From the sequence record MK327943.1: a stretch of 64,000 bases of DNA; one strand, given 5' to 3'. The notes under the pieces are model-generated. The model saw only the letters and a program-made list of their open reading frames with translations, ran no database searches and had not been told where the DNA came from. Positions 39,956 through 49,627 of this stretch are shown piece by piece; within the stretch, counting starts at the first letter, position 1, and the number at the start of each line of letters is the position of its first letter. A program made the position numbers and the translations under genes. This DNA is from Escherichia phage vB_EcoM_G53.

Positions 39956-40816
39956 TTATACCGCCATTTTAGCTTTGATAGCTGGATGAGATTCGTAATT
40001 TTTAAGAACGAAATCAGAATGTGCCATCGTTCCAGTAACCCAGTCCATTTGGATTTTTGTAGGCCAATTCTCAAAATTACTAGGCCAATTAATTTCAAGA
40101 GAACATAACTCTTTAGGTTCACGACGAAGAACTTCTTTGCATTGTTCTATATGATTGCTGTAGATATGCGTGTTGCCGCCTGAGAACACTAAATCACCTG
40201 GGATAAGGTTACACATCTTCGCTACAATATGCGTCAAGGCAGCGTACGAGGCAATGTTGAACGGCAGGCCCAAGAAAACATCTACACTGCGTTGATACCA
40301 TTGTAAATCAAGATGCCCATTACGCACATTAAATTGATAGAACATATGACAAGGAGGAAGAGCCATTTGGTCAATTTCGGCTGGGTTCCATGCAGAAACT
40401 ATTTGACGACGATCATTAGGAAGAGCTTTAATACGGTCGATAGTTTTGTCCAATTGGTCTACACCACCAAAATCACGCCATTGCTTACCATAAATAGGAC
40501 CAAGTTCGCCGCTATGATACCCAAGGTCTTTTGCCTGATTTTCATAGTTGTCGTCCCAAATAGTTTTACCTTGAATAAGACTACCATGAGTACGAATACG
40601 CAAATCATTAACATTGGTAGAACCAGACATGAACCACAGTAACTCGGCAATACAAGCTTTCCACGCTAATTTCTTAGTTGTTACCGCAGGGAATCCTTTA
40701 GTCAGATCCCAACGTAATTTAGTTCCGAACAGGGCAATTGTTCCTGTGCCTGTACGGTCGTCTGTTTCGTAGCCATTTTCTAGGATATCATTAATCAGGT
40801 ATTGGTATTGTTTCAT
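39956..40816 (-). CDS. td: Thymidylate synthase (intron-less)
   Basis: 286 aa continuous ORF; ThyA motifs. Confidence 0.96.
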   Translation of the reverse strand: MKQYQYLINDILENGYETDDRTGTGTIALFGTKLRWDLTKGFPAVTTKKLAWKACIAELLWFMSGSTNVNDLRIRTHGSLIQGKTIWDDNYENQAKDLGYHSGELGPIYGKQWRDFGGVDQLDKTIDRIKALPNDRRQIVSAWNPAEIDQMALPPCHMFYQFNVRNGHLDLQWYQRSVDVFLGLPFNIASYAALTHIVAKMCNLIPGDLVFSGGNTHIYSNHIEQCKEVLRREPKELCSLEINWPSNFENWPTKIQMDWVTGTMAHSDFVLKNYESHPAIKAKMAV

Positions 40817-41400
40817 TTATAAACGCTCTCAGTAATTTCGGTGAGTTCATCGATTCTGTAGTAATGAGATTCTACCATAGAACGTTGAAGCATAATATCT
40901 TGGACGAAATCTTTATCAAGTTGAACATCGGAATTAACACGACATTTCTTAATGATTTTAGTCATCACGATTTCATCGGCATAAGGCAGTGCTTGTTTTA
41001 ATAAAGCAGGACCGCCGATAACAGATACATTAACATGTTCAGTAGAAAGTTTAAACGGTACATCAGTTGCAGGGCTAAACAGGTTAATTTCACCACCTGT
41101 TACCAAGGTAATAAATTCAGATTGGGTGATATAGAACCGTGCAAGTTCATCAGTTTTAGTCCTAGGCAGTTTTCTGGCCATATCAGTGACAACCACATGA
41201 GTACGATCTGGGAGTAGACGAGGTAATGATGCAAAAGTCTTAGCACCCATAACCATTACAGTGTTTTTAGTGCGAGCAACAAAGTTACTCATATCTTGTT
41301 TGATATGCTTCCATGGAAGTCCATCACCTAATCCAAAAGCATATTCCAGTTTATCATCAACTGTTTTAGATGGTGCGCATGCGAATACTAATTTAAGCAT
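40813..41400 (-). CDS. frd: Dihydrofolate reductase
   Basis: 195 aa; matches recalled T4 Frd. Confidence 0.93.
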   Translation of the reverse strand: MLKLVFACAPSKTVDDKLEYAFGLGDGLPWKHIKQDMSNFVARTKNTVMVMGAKTFASLPRLLPDRTHVVVTDMARKLPRTKTDELARFYITQSEFITLVTGGEINLFSPATDVPFKLSTEHVNVSVIGGPALLKQALPYADEIVMTKIIKKCRVNSDVQLDKDFVQDIMLQRSMVESHYYRIDELTEITESVYK

Positions 41401-41641
41401 TTTTAAGTCCTTTAATAACTTTTTGGATTTGTGATTTAGACGAAACTAGTTCTGTCTGAATTTCCAAACCATCGGTTTGGTCAAATGTTGTAACACAAAC
41501 ACGGGGTTTTGTTGTGTATCGCCCAGACAAATCAAATGCGTCACCAATGAATTCGGCTAAATCCGGATGGTCTAAATTAACTGAAGTATAAACTTCATAT
41601 CCTACATCAGTGCCTTGAGAGTATTCAACAACAACATTCAT
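41393..41641 (-). CDS. Hypothetical protein (frd.1 position)
   Basis: 82-aa ORF overlapping frd start. Confidence 0.55.
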   Translation of the reverse strand: MNVVVEYSQGTDVGYEVYTSVNLDHPDLAEFIGDAFDLSGRYTTKPRVCVTTFDQTDGLEIQTELVSSKSQIQKVIKGLKNA

Positions 41642-41643
41642 AA

Positions 41644-41892
41644 TTATTTCCTCAGATTTTTCTTAACAACTTTCCAATCAGCTTTAAACGATTCAACATC
41701 AGAGTGGTGAATCCAGAATCCTGCACTTTCACCATCTTCGTAGAGTGGACATCCATCACATTCTTCGTTCCAACCAATTTCACGTAAAGCTTCTTCAGCT
41801 TGTTCAAGGAGTTCAGCGTCTTTACCGACGATGTTGAAGTACCATTTACCTCTAACTTCAGAATCTTTGATGCTCTGTCGTTGCAATCTCAT
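41644..41892 (-). CDS. Hypothetical protein (start reassigned to ATG after GGAG RBS)
   Basis: Early promoter 41921-41958 lies inside ORF-track N-terminus. Confidence 0.5.
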   Translation of the reverse strand: MRLQRQSIKDSEVRGKWYFNIVGKDAELLEQAEEALREIGWNEECDGCPLYEDGESAGFWIHHSDVESFKADWKVVKKNLRK

Positions 41893-41954
41893 TTTATTCT
41901 CCTTCACTTTTGATTTGATAGGGCTACTATAACATAACCCTATCTGATTGTACA

Positions 41955-42347
41955 CTACTTTTTAAAAGTTTTTTGCAAAAGTTCGATGATTTCGTCGACG
42001 TTGGTTTCATCTACGATACAATGTATTTTTGTTACACCTAAAGTTATACCTTCGTTAGTAGGTTGAGGCTTTACTAAATCTACCTCAGTAAAGTATTTGA
42101 ACTCGTCAGGATAAATCTCAAAATAAGTTTCAATTTCACCACCGCCAGAACATACAGTACCATCTTCCATAGTTACACTTACTACGTTTGACGTATCGCT
42201 ATCATAATCAGGTTCCATTCCGTTTACAACAAAACTAGGCCCGTGGAGTTCAATCAATTTTAACATCTTAGCGTTATTGTGTGGTGCTTCTTGAACAAAG
42301 TCATCTTTAAATAAAGGGTTAATGATATAAGATTTTCCGATTTCCAT
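41955..42347 (-). CDS. Hypothetical protein (frd.2/frd.3 region)
   Basis: 130-aa ORF with upstream early promoter. Confidence 0.6.
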   Translation of the reverse strand: MEIGKSYIINPLFKDDFVQEAPHNNAKMLKLIELHGPSFVVNGMEPDYDSDTSNVVSVTMEDGTVCSGGGEIETYFEIYPDEFKYFTEVDLVKPQPTNEGITLGVTKIHCIVDETNVDEIIELLQKTFKK

Positions 42348-42375
42348 TTTGATTTCCTCATGTTGTTGATAGGTC

Positions 42376-42405
42376 TATACTAACACATCCAGGGAAGAAG
42401 TAAAC
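42376..42405 (-). promoter_or_regulatory. Early promoter (minus)
   Basis: GTTTAC...TAGTAT. Confidence 0.45.
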
Positions 42406-42436
42406 AACTTTTTCGGCAATTTACAGATACTCAAAA

Positions 42437-42454
42437 GGGAGACCGAAGTCTCCC
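42437..42454 (-). terminator. Gene 32 terminator hairpin
   Basis: GGGAGAC-CGAA-GUCUCCC followed by U-run on minus strand. Confidence 0.6.
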
Positions 42455-42460
42455 AATTTA

Positions 42461-43363
42461 TTATAAACCAGCTAACAGGTCATCGAGGTCGCCATCATCA
42501 GAGGATGAGGTAGAGCTCATGAAGTCATCTTCAGTTTTTGCAGAACTAAAGGCTTCCATGTCTTTATCAAAATCGTCAAGGTCAGAAGCAACTTTATCTG
42601 CAACAGAAGCTGCTGCGGCTGCTGCACCACCAAGAGCGGCAGTACCAAGAACCTTAGCGAAAGATTCATTTAATTTTTCAAAGGATTTGAACTGGTCTTT
42701 AGCCGTCAAAGTAGTAAGGTCTACCATCTGGTCATATAGTTCTTTCTGGAATGCTTCATCATTAATACGAGGAATTTCAGATTGACCCAAGAATTTAGAT
42801 TCGTCATAGTTGCTAAAACCGGAAACCTGCTTAGCTTTCAGAACGAAGTTGGCACCTTCAAACGGACAAGTAACATCAACTGGAGTTTCACCCATTTCGG
42901 TATCAACAGCAATCATTGCATTGATTTTGTCCCAAATCTTTTTACCGAAACGATATTTAAATACTTTACCTTCGTTATCTGGAGCTTGAGGGTCTTTAAC
43001 AACCAGAATATTAGCCCAATAAGAAGTTTTACGTTTCAGTTGAGAATATTCATTTTTGTTGGTATTGTACAGGTCATTTTTACTAATGTACTGACATACA
43101 GGACAAGAGTCGTAATCGCCGTGTGTAGAAGAGCAATTTTCAATATACCATTTACCATTTTTCTTGAAACCGTGGTTAACAAGAATTGCAAATGGTAGTG
43201 CATCATCAGTTTTTGCTGGCAAGAAACGAATTACCGCTTGACCATTACCTGATGCATCTAGCTTCAGCTTCCATTCGCCTTTATCTTCTGAAGAGAAACC
43301 TTTGTTACCGTTCAGTTTAGCCATTTGAGCAGCGAGGTCAGCAGTAGATTTACGTTTAAACAT
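42461..43363 (-). CDS. 32: Single-stranded DNA-binding protein gp32
   Basis: 300 aa; near-identical to recalled T4 gp32 N-terminal and core regions. Confidence 0.97.
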   Translation of the reverse strand: MFKRKSTADLAAQMAKLNGNKGFSSEDKGEWKLKLDASGNGQAVIRFLPAKTDDALPFAILVNHGFKKNGKWYIENCSSTHGDYDSCPVCQYISKNDLYNTNKNEYSQLKRKTSYWANILVVKDPQAPDNEGKVFKYRFGKKIWDKINAMIAVDTEMGETPVDVTCPFEGANFVLKAKQVSGFSNYDESKFLGQSEIPRINDEAFQKELYDQMVDLTTLTAKDQFKSFEKLNESFAKVLGTAALGGAAAAAASVADKVASDLDDFDKDMEAFSSAKTEDDFMSSTSSSDDGDLDDLLAGL

Positions 43364-43440
43364 TATATTTACCTTTATTTAGATTATTTAATTTATTTAC
43401 AGTTGGTTGCTACGACACTTATACCTCGTAGCTGGTATGA
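43364..43440 (-). promoter_or_regulatory. Gene 32 translational operator (hairpin/pseudoknot plus AU-rich UAAA repeats)
   Basis: Leader rc: gcuacgagguauaagugucguagc hairpin followed by uaaauaaauuaaauaaucuaaauaaagguaaauaua AUG, as described for T4 gene 32 autoregulation. Confidence 0.6.
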
Positions 43441-43442
43441 TT

Positions 43443-43450
43443 TATTTATA
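43443..43450 (-). promoter_or_regulatory. Late promoter TATAAATA (minus strand) in gene 32 leader
   Basis: Exact motif on minus strand. Confidence 0.4.
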
Positions 43451-43479
43451 AAGTAATTTTAACACACAAGAAATAAAGC

Positions 43480-44133
43480 TTAATACTTACATGATTTGAT
43501 TGTTTCTATGAACAATTTCTTAGCAGCATTTCCATCGATTTGAAGTATTTTTCGATATGCCTTTAATTTGGTAGAATAATTTTGCCAGACTAAGTTATCG
43601 GTGAGTTCGTCGTGCTTATCTATAATATTCAAAAATGAGTCCAACAATAAGAAAGTTTCAAATGAAATTATATTGCTTTGTAGCAATTTAAATATGTAGC
43701 TCGACTGAACGTTGTTATTATAATCAAATATCTCTTGAAGCGCACTAACTTCAACTTTCTTACTGAAATAGTAGATGTTACGTACGTCTTCAGCAAACGT
43801 CTCCTTGGCTTGTTTGAGACGTCCAATATATTCCCTATAGAAAACTAATGCATCAGCGTCTGATATCTCACCAATCCATGCGTCTTGGTTAGCAACTAAG
43901 TTGCTTATGAATATCAAGGTGAGTTCCTTCAATTTATATTTCTCTGCTAGTTTTTCAAAGAAATATTTATCTCGGCGTTTTTGATACGCATTATCCGAAA
44001 CACGCATGCACCAGTTATATTTGATTACATCATACCGACCACCAAAGTGGTTTTTGCACATCAAGTATAGTTTATATACTGATTTACCGTTAATATAACG
44101 TTCTCCGTCAGGAGGCATGCGTATTTTAATCAT
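43480..44133 (-). CDS. 59: Helicase loader gp59
   Basis: 217 aa; matches recalled T4 gp59. Confidence 0.95.
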   Translation of the reverse strand: MIKIRMPPDGERYINGKSVYKLYLMCKNHFGGRYDVIKYNWCMRVSDNAYQKRRDKYFFEKLAEKYKLKELTLIFISNLVANQDAWIGEISDADALVFYREYIGRLKQAKETFAEDVRNIYYFSKKVEVSALQEIFDYNNNVQSSYIFKLLQSNIISFETFLLLDSFLNIIDKHDELTDNLVWQNYSTKLKAYRKILQIDGNAAKKLFIETIKSCKY

Positions 44134-44468
44134 AATAAGAAATCTAACGTATTAGTTTTTTCACCACGAGCAACTGATGGGCGAAGCATGTTTTCGTCAA
44201 TTGCTTCGCTTGTAATTTTTTCAACAATTCCTGTAGGAATAAATTTAGCAAATTGTGTTTCTGGAATAGAATTTTCTTCCAAGAAAGCAGTTGTTGCTTC
44301 TAAATAAGACATACCAAATTGTTCAACCATGGATTCGATAATGAATCCGTTTTCTTGTCGGTCAAGCAATTTAGCGATATCATCTTTATCGTGTTTTACT
44401 GCTAATTCTTGTTCAGATAAACCGGCCTCATCAACCGGTTTAATATCACTTAGTGAAAACTGTGTCAT
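44130..44468 (-). CDS. 33: Late transcription co-activator gp33
   Basis: 112 aa, T4 size and position. Confidence 0.88.
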   Translation of the reverse strand: MTQFSLSDIKPVDEAGLSEQELAVKHDKDDIAKLLDRQENGFIIESMVEQFGMSYLEATTAFLEENSIPETQFAKFIPTGIVEKITSEAIDENMLRPSVARGEKTNTLDFLL

Positions 44469-44715
44469 AAAGCTCGACTACCTCTTCGTTTTCAGCTTCA
44501 AATTGGTCACGAGCGTCTTTATGATAAAGAGCTAACAAACGATTAAACATTTTTCCATCGACACCAAGCTCTTCTTTAGCACGAGTACGAATGTCTTTAA
44601 TCAGTTCATTATAACCAGAAATTTTAAGTTTGTTATCGGAAGCTTCCTTGACTAGTTTAGCCAGTTCTTCACCATGCACATCTTGATTAAATTCAACTGC
44701 TTCTTTCTTAGCCAT
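44446..44715 (-). CDS. dsbA: dsDNA-binding protein DsbA
   Basis: 89 aa from MAKKEAVEF...; matches recalled T4 DsbA. Confidence 0.88.
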   Translation of the reverse strand: MAKKEAVEFNQDVHGEELAKLVKEASDNKLKISGYNELIKDIRTRAKEELGVDGKMFNRLLALYHKDARDQFEAENEEVVELYDTVFTK

Positions 44716-44722
44716 GTTTACC

Positions 44723-45640
44723 TCAGAATTCATTAATTACACTTGTTAATTTAGAAAGACCAGATTTTACAAAGTATGAATAAATCTTGCCTTTAGGTTG
44801 TTGTTTATATGAGTTATAATACTCTATAATGGTTGAAGCAATATTATCAGGGATATAATCAAAATCAATGAGAACCAAATTTTCTTGATACCGTTTATAT
44901 TCTTCAGCACTTAATAATACTTCAGCTTGAGAACGGTCATTGGCAATTGCTTCAATAATCGATGTTTTCATACTCGGAGTTCGTTCACCATCAACTCTGG
45001 TAAACCAGAAGTCGCCACGAACTCGAACAGATGCAACACCATCCTTACGATCACCTTTAAGAATTTTAGTCATGCAATCAATTTCAGCAGAACCATTCTT
45101 AATTTTAACCCATTTTTTCTGTGGTGGCGACCACTGTTTAACGTTAGGATATTTGTGTAATTGTGTAAAGTCACCATCTGATGCAACAATACATACTTTA
45201 TGTCCAGCTAATGACAAATATTTAGTTAATACACCAATATGGTCATCCGCTTCATACTTGTCAATATCCATTACAATGTATGGCATGTATTTCTTAATCT
45301 CATCAACAACTTGATGGAGCGCAGTAAAATATCCTTCCCAATCCCACTTTGAAGCTTCACGATCGGTTTTACGATTTTTCTTGTAATAATACGCAAAGTC
45401 ACGACGCCAATAACCTGAAGTAGCATTATCCATACACAATACAAATTTTGTATAGCCTTGCTTACGGAACATCACTACGTTTTTACGAATTGAATTCAAG
45501 ATTACATGTCGAACCATTGGAACAGTAATTTTATCACCGTCTTCAAAGTTGTTTAATGCGGCTGCCAACGCAATGTTACTAAAGTCGGCAAGTGCAATAC
45601 CTTCTTTGTAATCTTCATCCAACATCATTTCTAAATCCAT
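44723..45640 (-). CDS. rnh: RNase H (5'-3' exonuclease)
   Basis: 305 aa; strong match to recalled T4 RNase H. Confidence 0.96.
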   Translation of the reverse strand: MDLEMMLDEDYKEGIALADFSNIALAAALNNFEDGDKITVPMVRHVILNSIRKNVVMFRKQGYTKFVLCMDNATSGYWRRDFAYYYKKNRKTDREASKWDWEGYFTALHQVVDEIKKYMPYIVMDIDKYEADDHIGVLTKYLSLAGHKVCIVASDGDFTQLHKYPNVKQWSPPQKKWVKIKNGSAEIDCMTKILKGDRKDGVASVRVRGDFWFTRVDGERTPSMKTSIIEAIANDRSQAEVLLSAEEYKRYQENLVLIDFDYIPDNIASTIIEYYNSYKQQPKGKIYSYFVKSGLSKLTSVINEF

Positions 45641-45670
45641 ATGAACCTCTTGTTCAGTTAGTCAACTTGT

Positions 45671-45702
45671 CTATAGTAACACACTCATTTGAAAGCGTAA
45701 AC
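45671..45702 (-). promoter_or_regulatory. Early promoter (minus) for rnh
   Basis: GTTTAC...TACTAT. Confidence 0.45.
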
Positions 45703-45705
45703 TGG

Positions 45706-45713
45706 TATAAATA
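45706..45713 (+). promoter_or_regulatory. Late promoter TATAAATA (gene 34)
   Basis: Exact motif upstream of gene 34. Confidence 0.55.
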
Positions 45714-45743
45714 AGTATTATTGAAACAATAAAGGAAAAACGA

Positions 45744-48700
45744 ATGGCCGACATCAAACGTAAGTTCAGAGCCGAAGACGGTCTGGACGCCGGTGGCGAC
45801 AAGATTGTTAACGTAGCATTAGCCGACCGTACAGTAGGTACTGATGGCGTAAACGTTGACTTCCTGGTACAAGAAAACACCGTTCAAGTATATGATTCTA
45901 CGCGTGGATATAACAAAGGATTTGTTGTTCTTTATGACAACCGTTTATATCAAGCAATAAATGATATTGTGTCTCCTTCCGGGGCATTTAACCTTTTACA
46001 ATGGCGTGCAGTTCGTACTGATGCACAATGGATAACTGTCGCTTCTGGGACTTATCAACTTTCTTCAGGTGAATCGATTTCGGTTAACACTGGTGCTGGC
46101 AATGATATGGTTTTCACGTTGCCAAATGCGCCGGTTGATGGTGATACTGTTGTTTTGGCTGATATTGGTGGAAGAACCGGGACAGTTAAAGTACAGATTA
46201 ACGCGTCTGTGCAGAGTATTTTAAACTTTAGAGGTGAACAAGTTCGTACAGTTTTAATGACGCGTCCGCGTTCACAACTATTGTTTGTGTTTAGTAATCG
46301 TTTGTGGCAGATGTATATTACCGATTATGGTAAAGAATCAATCACTGTTACACCTGCGTCACCATATCAAGCACAAGCAAATGATTTTATCGTTCGTCGT
46401 TTTACTAGTGCAGCACCAATCAACATTACACTTCCACGTAATGCTAATAATGGTGATATAATCCACATAGTTGATTTAGATAAATTAAACCCACTGTATC
46501 ATACAATTGTTAAAACATTTGATGATACAACGTCTATTGGTGAAGTCGGGACTCATATTGCCGAAGGCAGAAATGACTCTGACGCGTTTTTTGTTTTTGA
46601 TGCTGCAAGTAGTTTATGGCGTATATGGGAAGGCGACCAGAAATCGCGTCTTCGTATTATCCGTGCGGATTCAAATATTCGTCCAAATGAAGAAGTTCTT
46701 ATTTTTGGCACAAATAACGCTACAGCCGGAACTATTAATCTTACGCTGCCTACAGGAATTTTGAGTGGTGACACTGTTAAAATTTCAATGAACTACATGC
46801 GTAAAGGCCAAACAGTAAAAATTAAAGCTGCCGAAGGTGATACAATTGCTTCTTCTGTTGCATTGCTTCAGTTCCCTAAACGTTCTGAATATCCACCTGA
46901 TGCTCAATGGGTCTCTGTTACTGAACTAGAATTCAATGGCACTACTTCATATGTTCCTGTATTAGAATTAGCGTATATCGAAGACACTGTTGCTGGTACA
47001 AGTTATTGGGTTGTTCAACAAAACGTCCCAACTGTAGAACGTGTCGATGCTGGAACTGATACAACTAGAGCTCGTGTAGGTGTTATTGCTCTTGCTACTC
47101 AAGCGCAAGCAAATGTTGATTTAGAGAATACTCCAGCTAAAGAATTGGCTATTACTCCCGAAACGTTGGCAAATCGTACAGCAACTGAAGCTCGACGTGG
47201 TATCGCTAAAATTGCTACAACAGCACAAGTTAACCAGAATTCCACAGCATCATTTTTGGACGATACTATTGTTACGCCTAAAAAACTAAATGAGCGTACA
47301 GCAACTGAAACTCGTCGCGGTCTTGCTGAAATTGCTACTCAGGCCGAAACCGATGCTGGTCTTGATGACACAACGATTATTACACCTAAGAAATTGCAGG
47401 CACGTCAGGGCTCTGAAACACTATCTGGCATAGTTAAATATGTATCAACTACTTCTGCTACTCCTGCTGAAACTCGTGGGGCCGCAGGCACTAACGTTTA
47501 TAATAAAACCGTAAATAATTTAACTATTTCTCCTAAAGCCCTTGACCAATATAAAGCAACTTATGCTCAACAAGGTGCAGTAATTTTAGCTGTTGATAGT
47601 GAAGTAATTGCTGGACAATCTCAAGCAGGTTATTCTCACGCTGTAGTAACTCCTGAAACACTACATAAGAAAACTTCTACTGATGGACGTATTGGTTTAA
47701 TTGAAATTGCTACGCAAGCAGAAACTAATGCTGGGACTGATTATACACGTGCAGTAACGCCTAAGACGTTAAATGATAGGAGAGCGACGGAAGGATTATC
47801 CGGCATAGCCGAACTTGCTACGCAAGTTGAATTTGATACTGGAACTGACGATACTCGTATCTCAACTCCACTGAAAATTAAAACTCATTTTGATTCTTCT
47901 GACCGTACCAGTGTTAATTCTGATTCTGGACTTATTGAAGAAGGAACCTTGTGGAACCATTATACTCTTGATATTTCTAAAGCAAATGAAACACAACGTG
48001 GTACACTTCGCGTAGCGACTCAGGCAGAATCTAATGCAGGAACTTTAGATGATGTTCTTATTACTCCTAAAAAGCTTTTAGGGACTAAGTCCACTGAAAC
48101 GTCTGAAGGCGTAATTAAGGTTGCTACTCAGGCTGAAACTATAACAGGAACTTCTGCTAATACTGCTGTATCTCCTAAGAATTTAAAATGGATTGTCCAG
48201 AATGAACCAACATGGGCTGCTACTACAGCAATTCGTGGATTTGTTAAAACTTCATCTGGTTCAATTACATTCGTTGGTAATGATACAGTTGGTTCAACAC
48301 AACCTTTAGAATCATATGAAAAAAATAGCTATGCTATATCTCCATATGAATTAAACCGTGTATTAGCAAATTATTTGCCATTGAAAGCTAAAGCCGTAGA
48401 TAGTAATTTATTAGATGGACTAGATTCATCTCAGTTCATTCGTAGGGACATTGCACAGACGGTTAATGGTTCACTAACCTTAACCCAACAAACGAATCTG
48501 AGTGCCCCTCTTGTATCATCTAGTACTGCTACGTTTGGTGGTTCAGTTTCGGCAAATAGTACATTAACTATTTCTAACTCTGGAACAGCTACTCGTCTGA
48601 TTTTTGAAAAAGGACCTCAAACTGGAACTAACCAAGCACAGACGATGACTATCAGAGTTTGGGGAAATGAATTTGGCGATGGTTCAGATACAACACGTTC

Positions 48701-49619
48701 TACTGTATTTGAAGTTGGCGATGAAACATCTAATCACTTTTATTCTCAACGTAATAAAGCCGGGAATATAACGTTTAGTATCAATGGTACTGTGATGCCA
48801 ATAAATGTTAACGCTTCAGGCACGTTAAATGCGAATGGCGTTGCAACATTTGGTCGTTCAGTTACAGCCAATGGCGAATTCATTAGCAAGTCTGCAAATG
48901 CTTTCAGAGCAATTAGTGGTGATTACGGATTCTTTATTCGCAATGATGGCGGCAGCACATATTTTATGCTTACTGCATCTGGTGATCAGACCGGTGGATT
49001 TAATGGATTACGTCCATTATCAATTAATAATCAATCCGGTCAAGTTACGATTGGTGAAAGCTTAATCATTGCCAAAGATGTTACTATAAATTCAGGCGGT
49101 TTAACTGTTAACTCGAGAATTCGTTCTCAGGGTAGTAAAACATCTGATTTATATACCCGTGCACCAACATCTGATACCGTAGGATTCTGGTCAATCGATA
49201 TTAACGATTCAGCCACTTATAACCAGTTCCCAGGTTATTTTAAAATGGTTGAAAAAACTAATGAAGTGACTGGGCTTCCATACTTAGAACGTGGCGAAGA
49301 AGTTAAATCTCCTGGTACATTGACTCAGTTTGGTAACACACTTGATTCACTTTACCAAGATTGGATTACTTATCCAACAACTCCAGAAGCACGTACAACC
49401 CGTTGGACTCGTACATGGCAGAAAACTAAAAATTCTTGGTCAAGTTTTGTTCAAGTATTTGATGGGGGTAACCCTCCTCAGCCATCTGATATTGGTGCTT
49501 TACCTTCTGATAATGCAACAATCGGAAACTTGACAATAAGGGATTTCTTAAGGATTGGTAACGTCCGCATTATTCCAGACCCTGTGAATAAATCTGTTAA
49601 ATTCGAGTGGATTGAATAA
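45744..49619 (+). CDS. 34: Long tail fibre proximal subunit gp34
   Basis: 1291 aa (T4 1289); late promoter upstream; synteny 34-35-36-37. Confidence 0.93.
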   Translation: MADIKRKFRAEDGLDAGGDKIVNVALADRTVGTDGVNVDFLVQENTVQVYDSTRGYNKGFVVLYDNRLYQAINDIVSPSGAFNLLQWRAVRTDAQWITVASGTYQLSSGESISVNTGAGNDMVFTLPNAPVDGDTVVLADIGGRTGTVKVQINASVQSILNFRGEQVRTVLMTRPRSQLLFVFSNRLWQMYITDYGKESITVTPASPYQAQANDFIVRRFTSAAPINITLPRNANNGDIIHIVDLDKLNPLYHTIVKTFDDTTSIGEVGTHIAEGRNDSDAFFVFDAASSLWRIWEGDQKSRLRIIRADSNIRPNEEVLIFGTNNATAGTINLTLPTGILSGDTVKISMNYMRKGQTVKIKAAEGDTIASSVALLQFPKRSEYPPDAQWVSVTELEFNGTTSYVPVLELAYIEDTVAGTSYWVVQQNVPTVERVDAGTDTTRARVGVIALATQAQANVDLENTPAKELAITPETLANRTATEARRGIAKIATTAQVNQNSTASFLDDTIVTPKKLNERTATETRRGLAEIATQAETDAGLDDTTIITPKKLQARQGSETLSGIVKYVSTTSATPAETRGAAGTNVYNKTVNNLTISPKALDQYKATYAQQGAVILAVDSEVIAGQSQAGYSHAVVTPETLHKKTSTDGRIGLIEIATQAETNAGTDYTRAVTPKTLNDRRATEGLSGIAELATQVEFDTGTDDTRISTPLKIKTHFDSSDRTSVNSDSGLIEEGTLWNHYTLDISKANETQRGTLRVATQAESNAGTLDDVLITPKKLLGTKSTETSEGVIKVATQAETITGTSANTAVSPKNLKWIVQNEPTWAATTAIRGFVKTSSGSITFVGNDTVGSTQPLESYEKNSYAISPYELNRVLANYLPLKAKAVDSNLLDGLDSSQFIRRDIAQTVNGSLTLTQQTNLSAPLVSSSTATFGGSVSANSTLTISNSGTATRLIFEKGPQTGTNQAQTMTIRVWGNEFGDGSDTTRSTVFEVGDETSNHFYSQRNKAGNITFSINGTVMPINVNASGTLNANGVATFGRSVTANGEFISKSANAFRAISGDYGFFIRNDGGSTYFMLTASGDQTGGFNGLRPLSINNQSGQVTIGESLIIAKDVTINSGGLTVNSRIRSQGSKTSDLYTRAPTSDTVGFWSIDINDSATYNQFPGYFKMVEKTNEVTGLPYLERGEEVKSPGTLTQFGNTLDSLYQDWITYPTTPEARTTRWTRTWQKTKNSWSSFVQVFDGGNPPQPSDIGALPSDNATIGNLTIRDFLRIGNVRIIPDPVNKSVKFEWIE

Positions 49620-49627
49620 GAGGTATT

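Noticed and set aside
35915-40816. Group I introns in td/nrdB as in T4
   Set aside because: Both genes are continuous ORFs of the expected mature length; no intron insertion seen.
42782-43198. 138-aa plus-strand ORF inside gene 32
   Set aside because: Antisense shadow ORF within conserved gp32.
44927-45314. Plus-strand ORFs inside rnh
   Set aside because: Antisense shadow ORFs within conserved RNase H gene.
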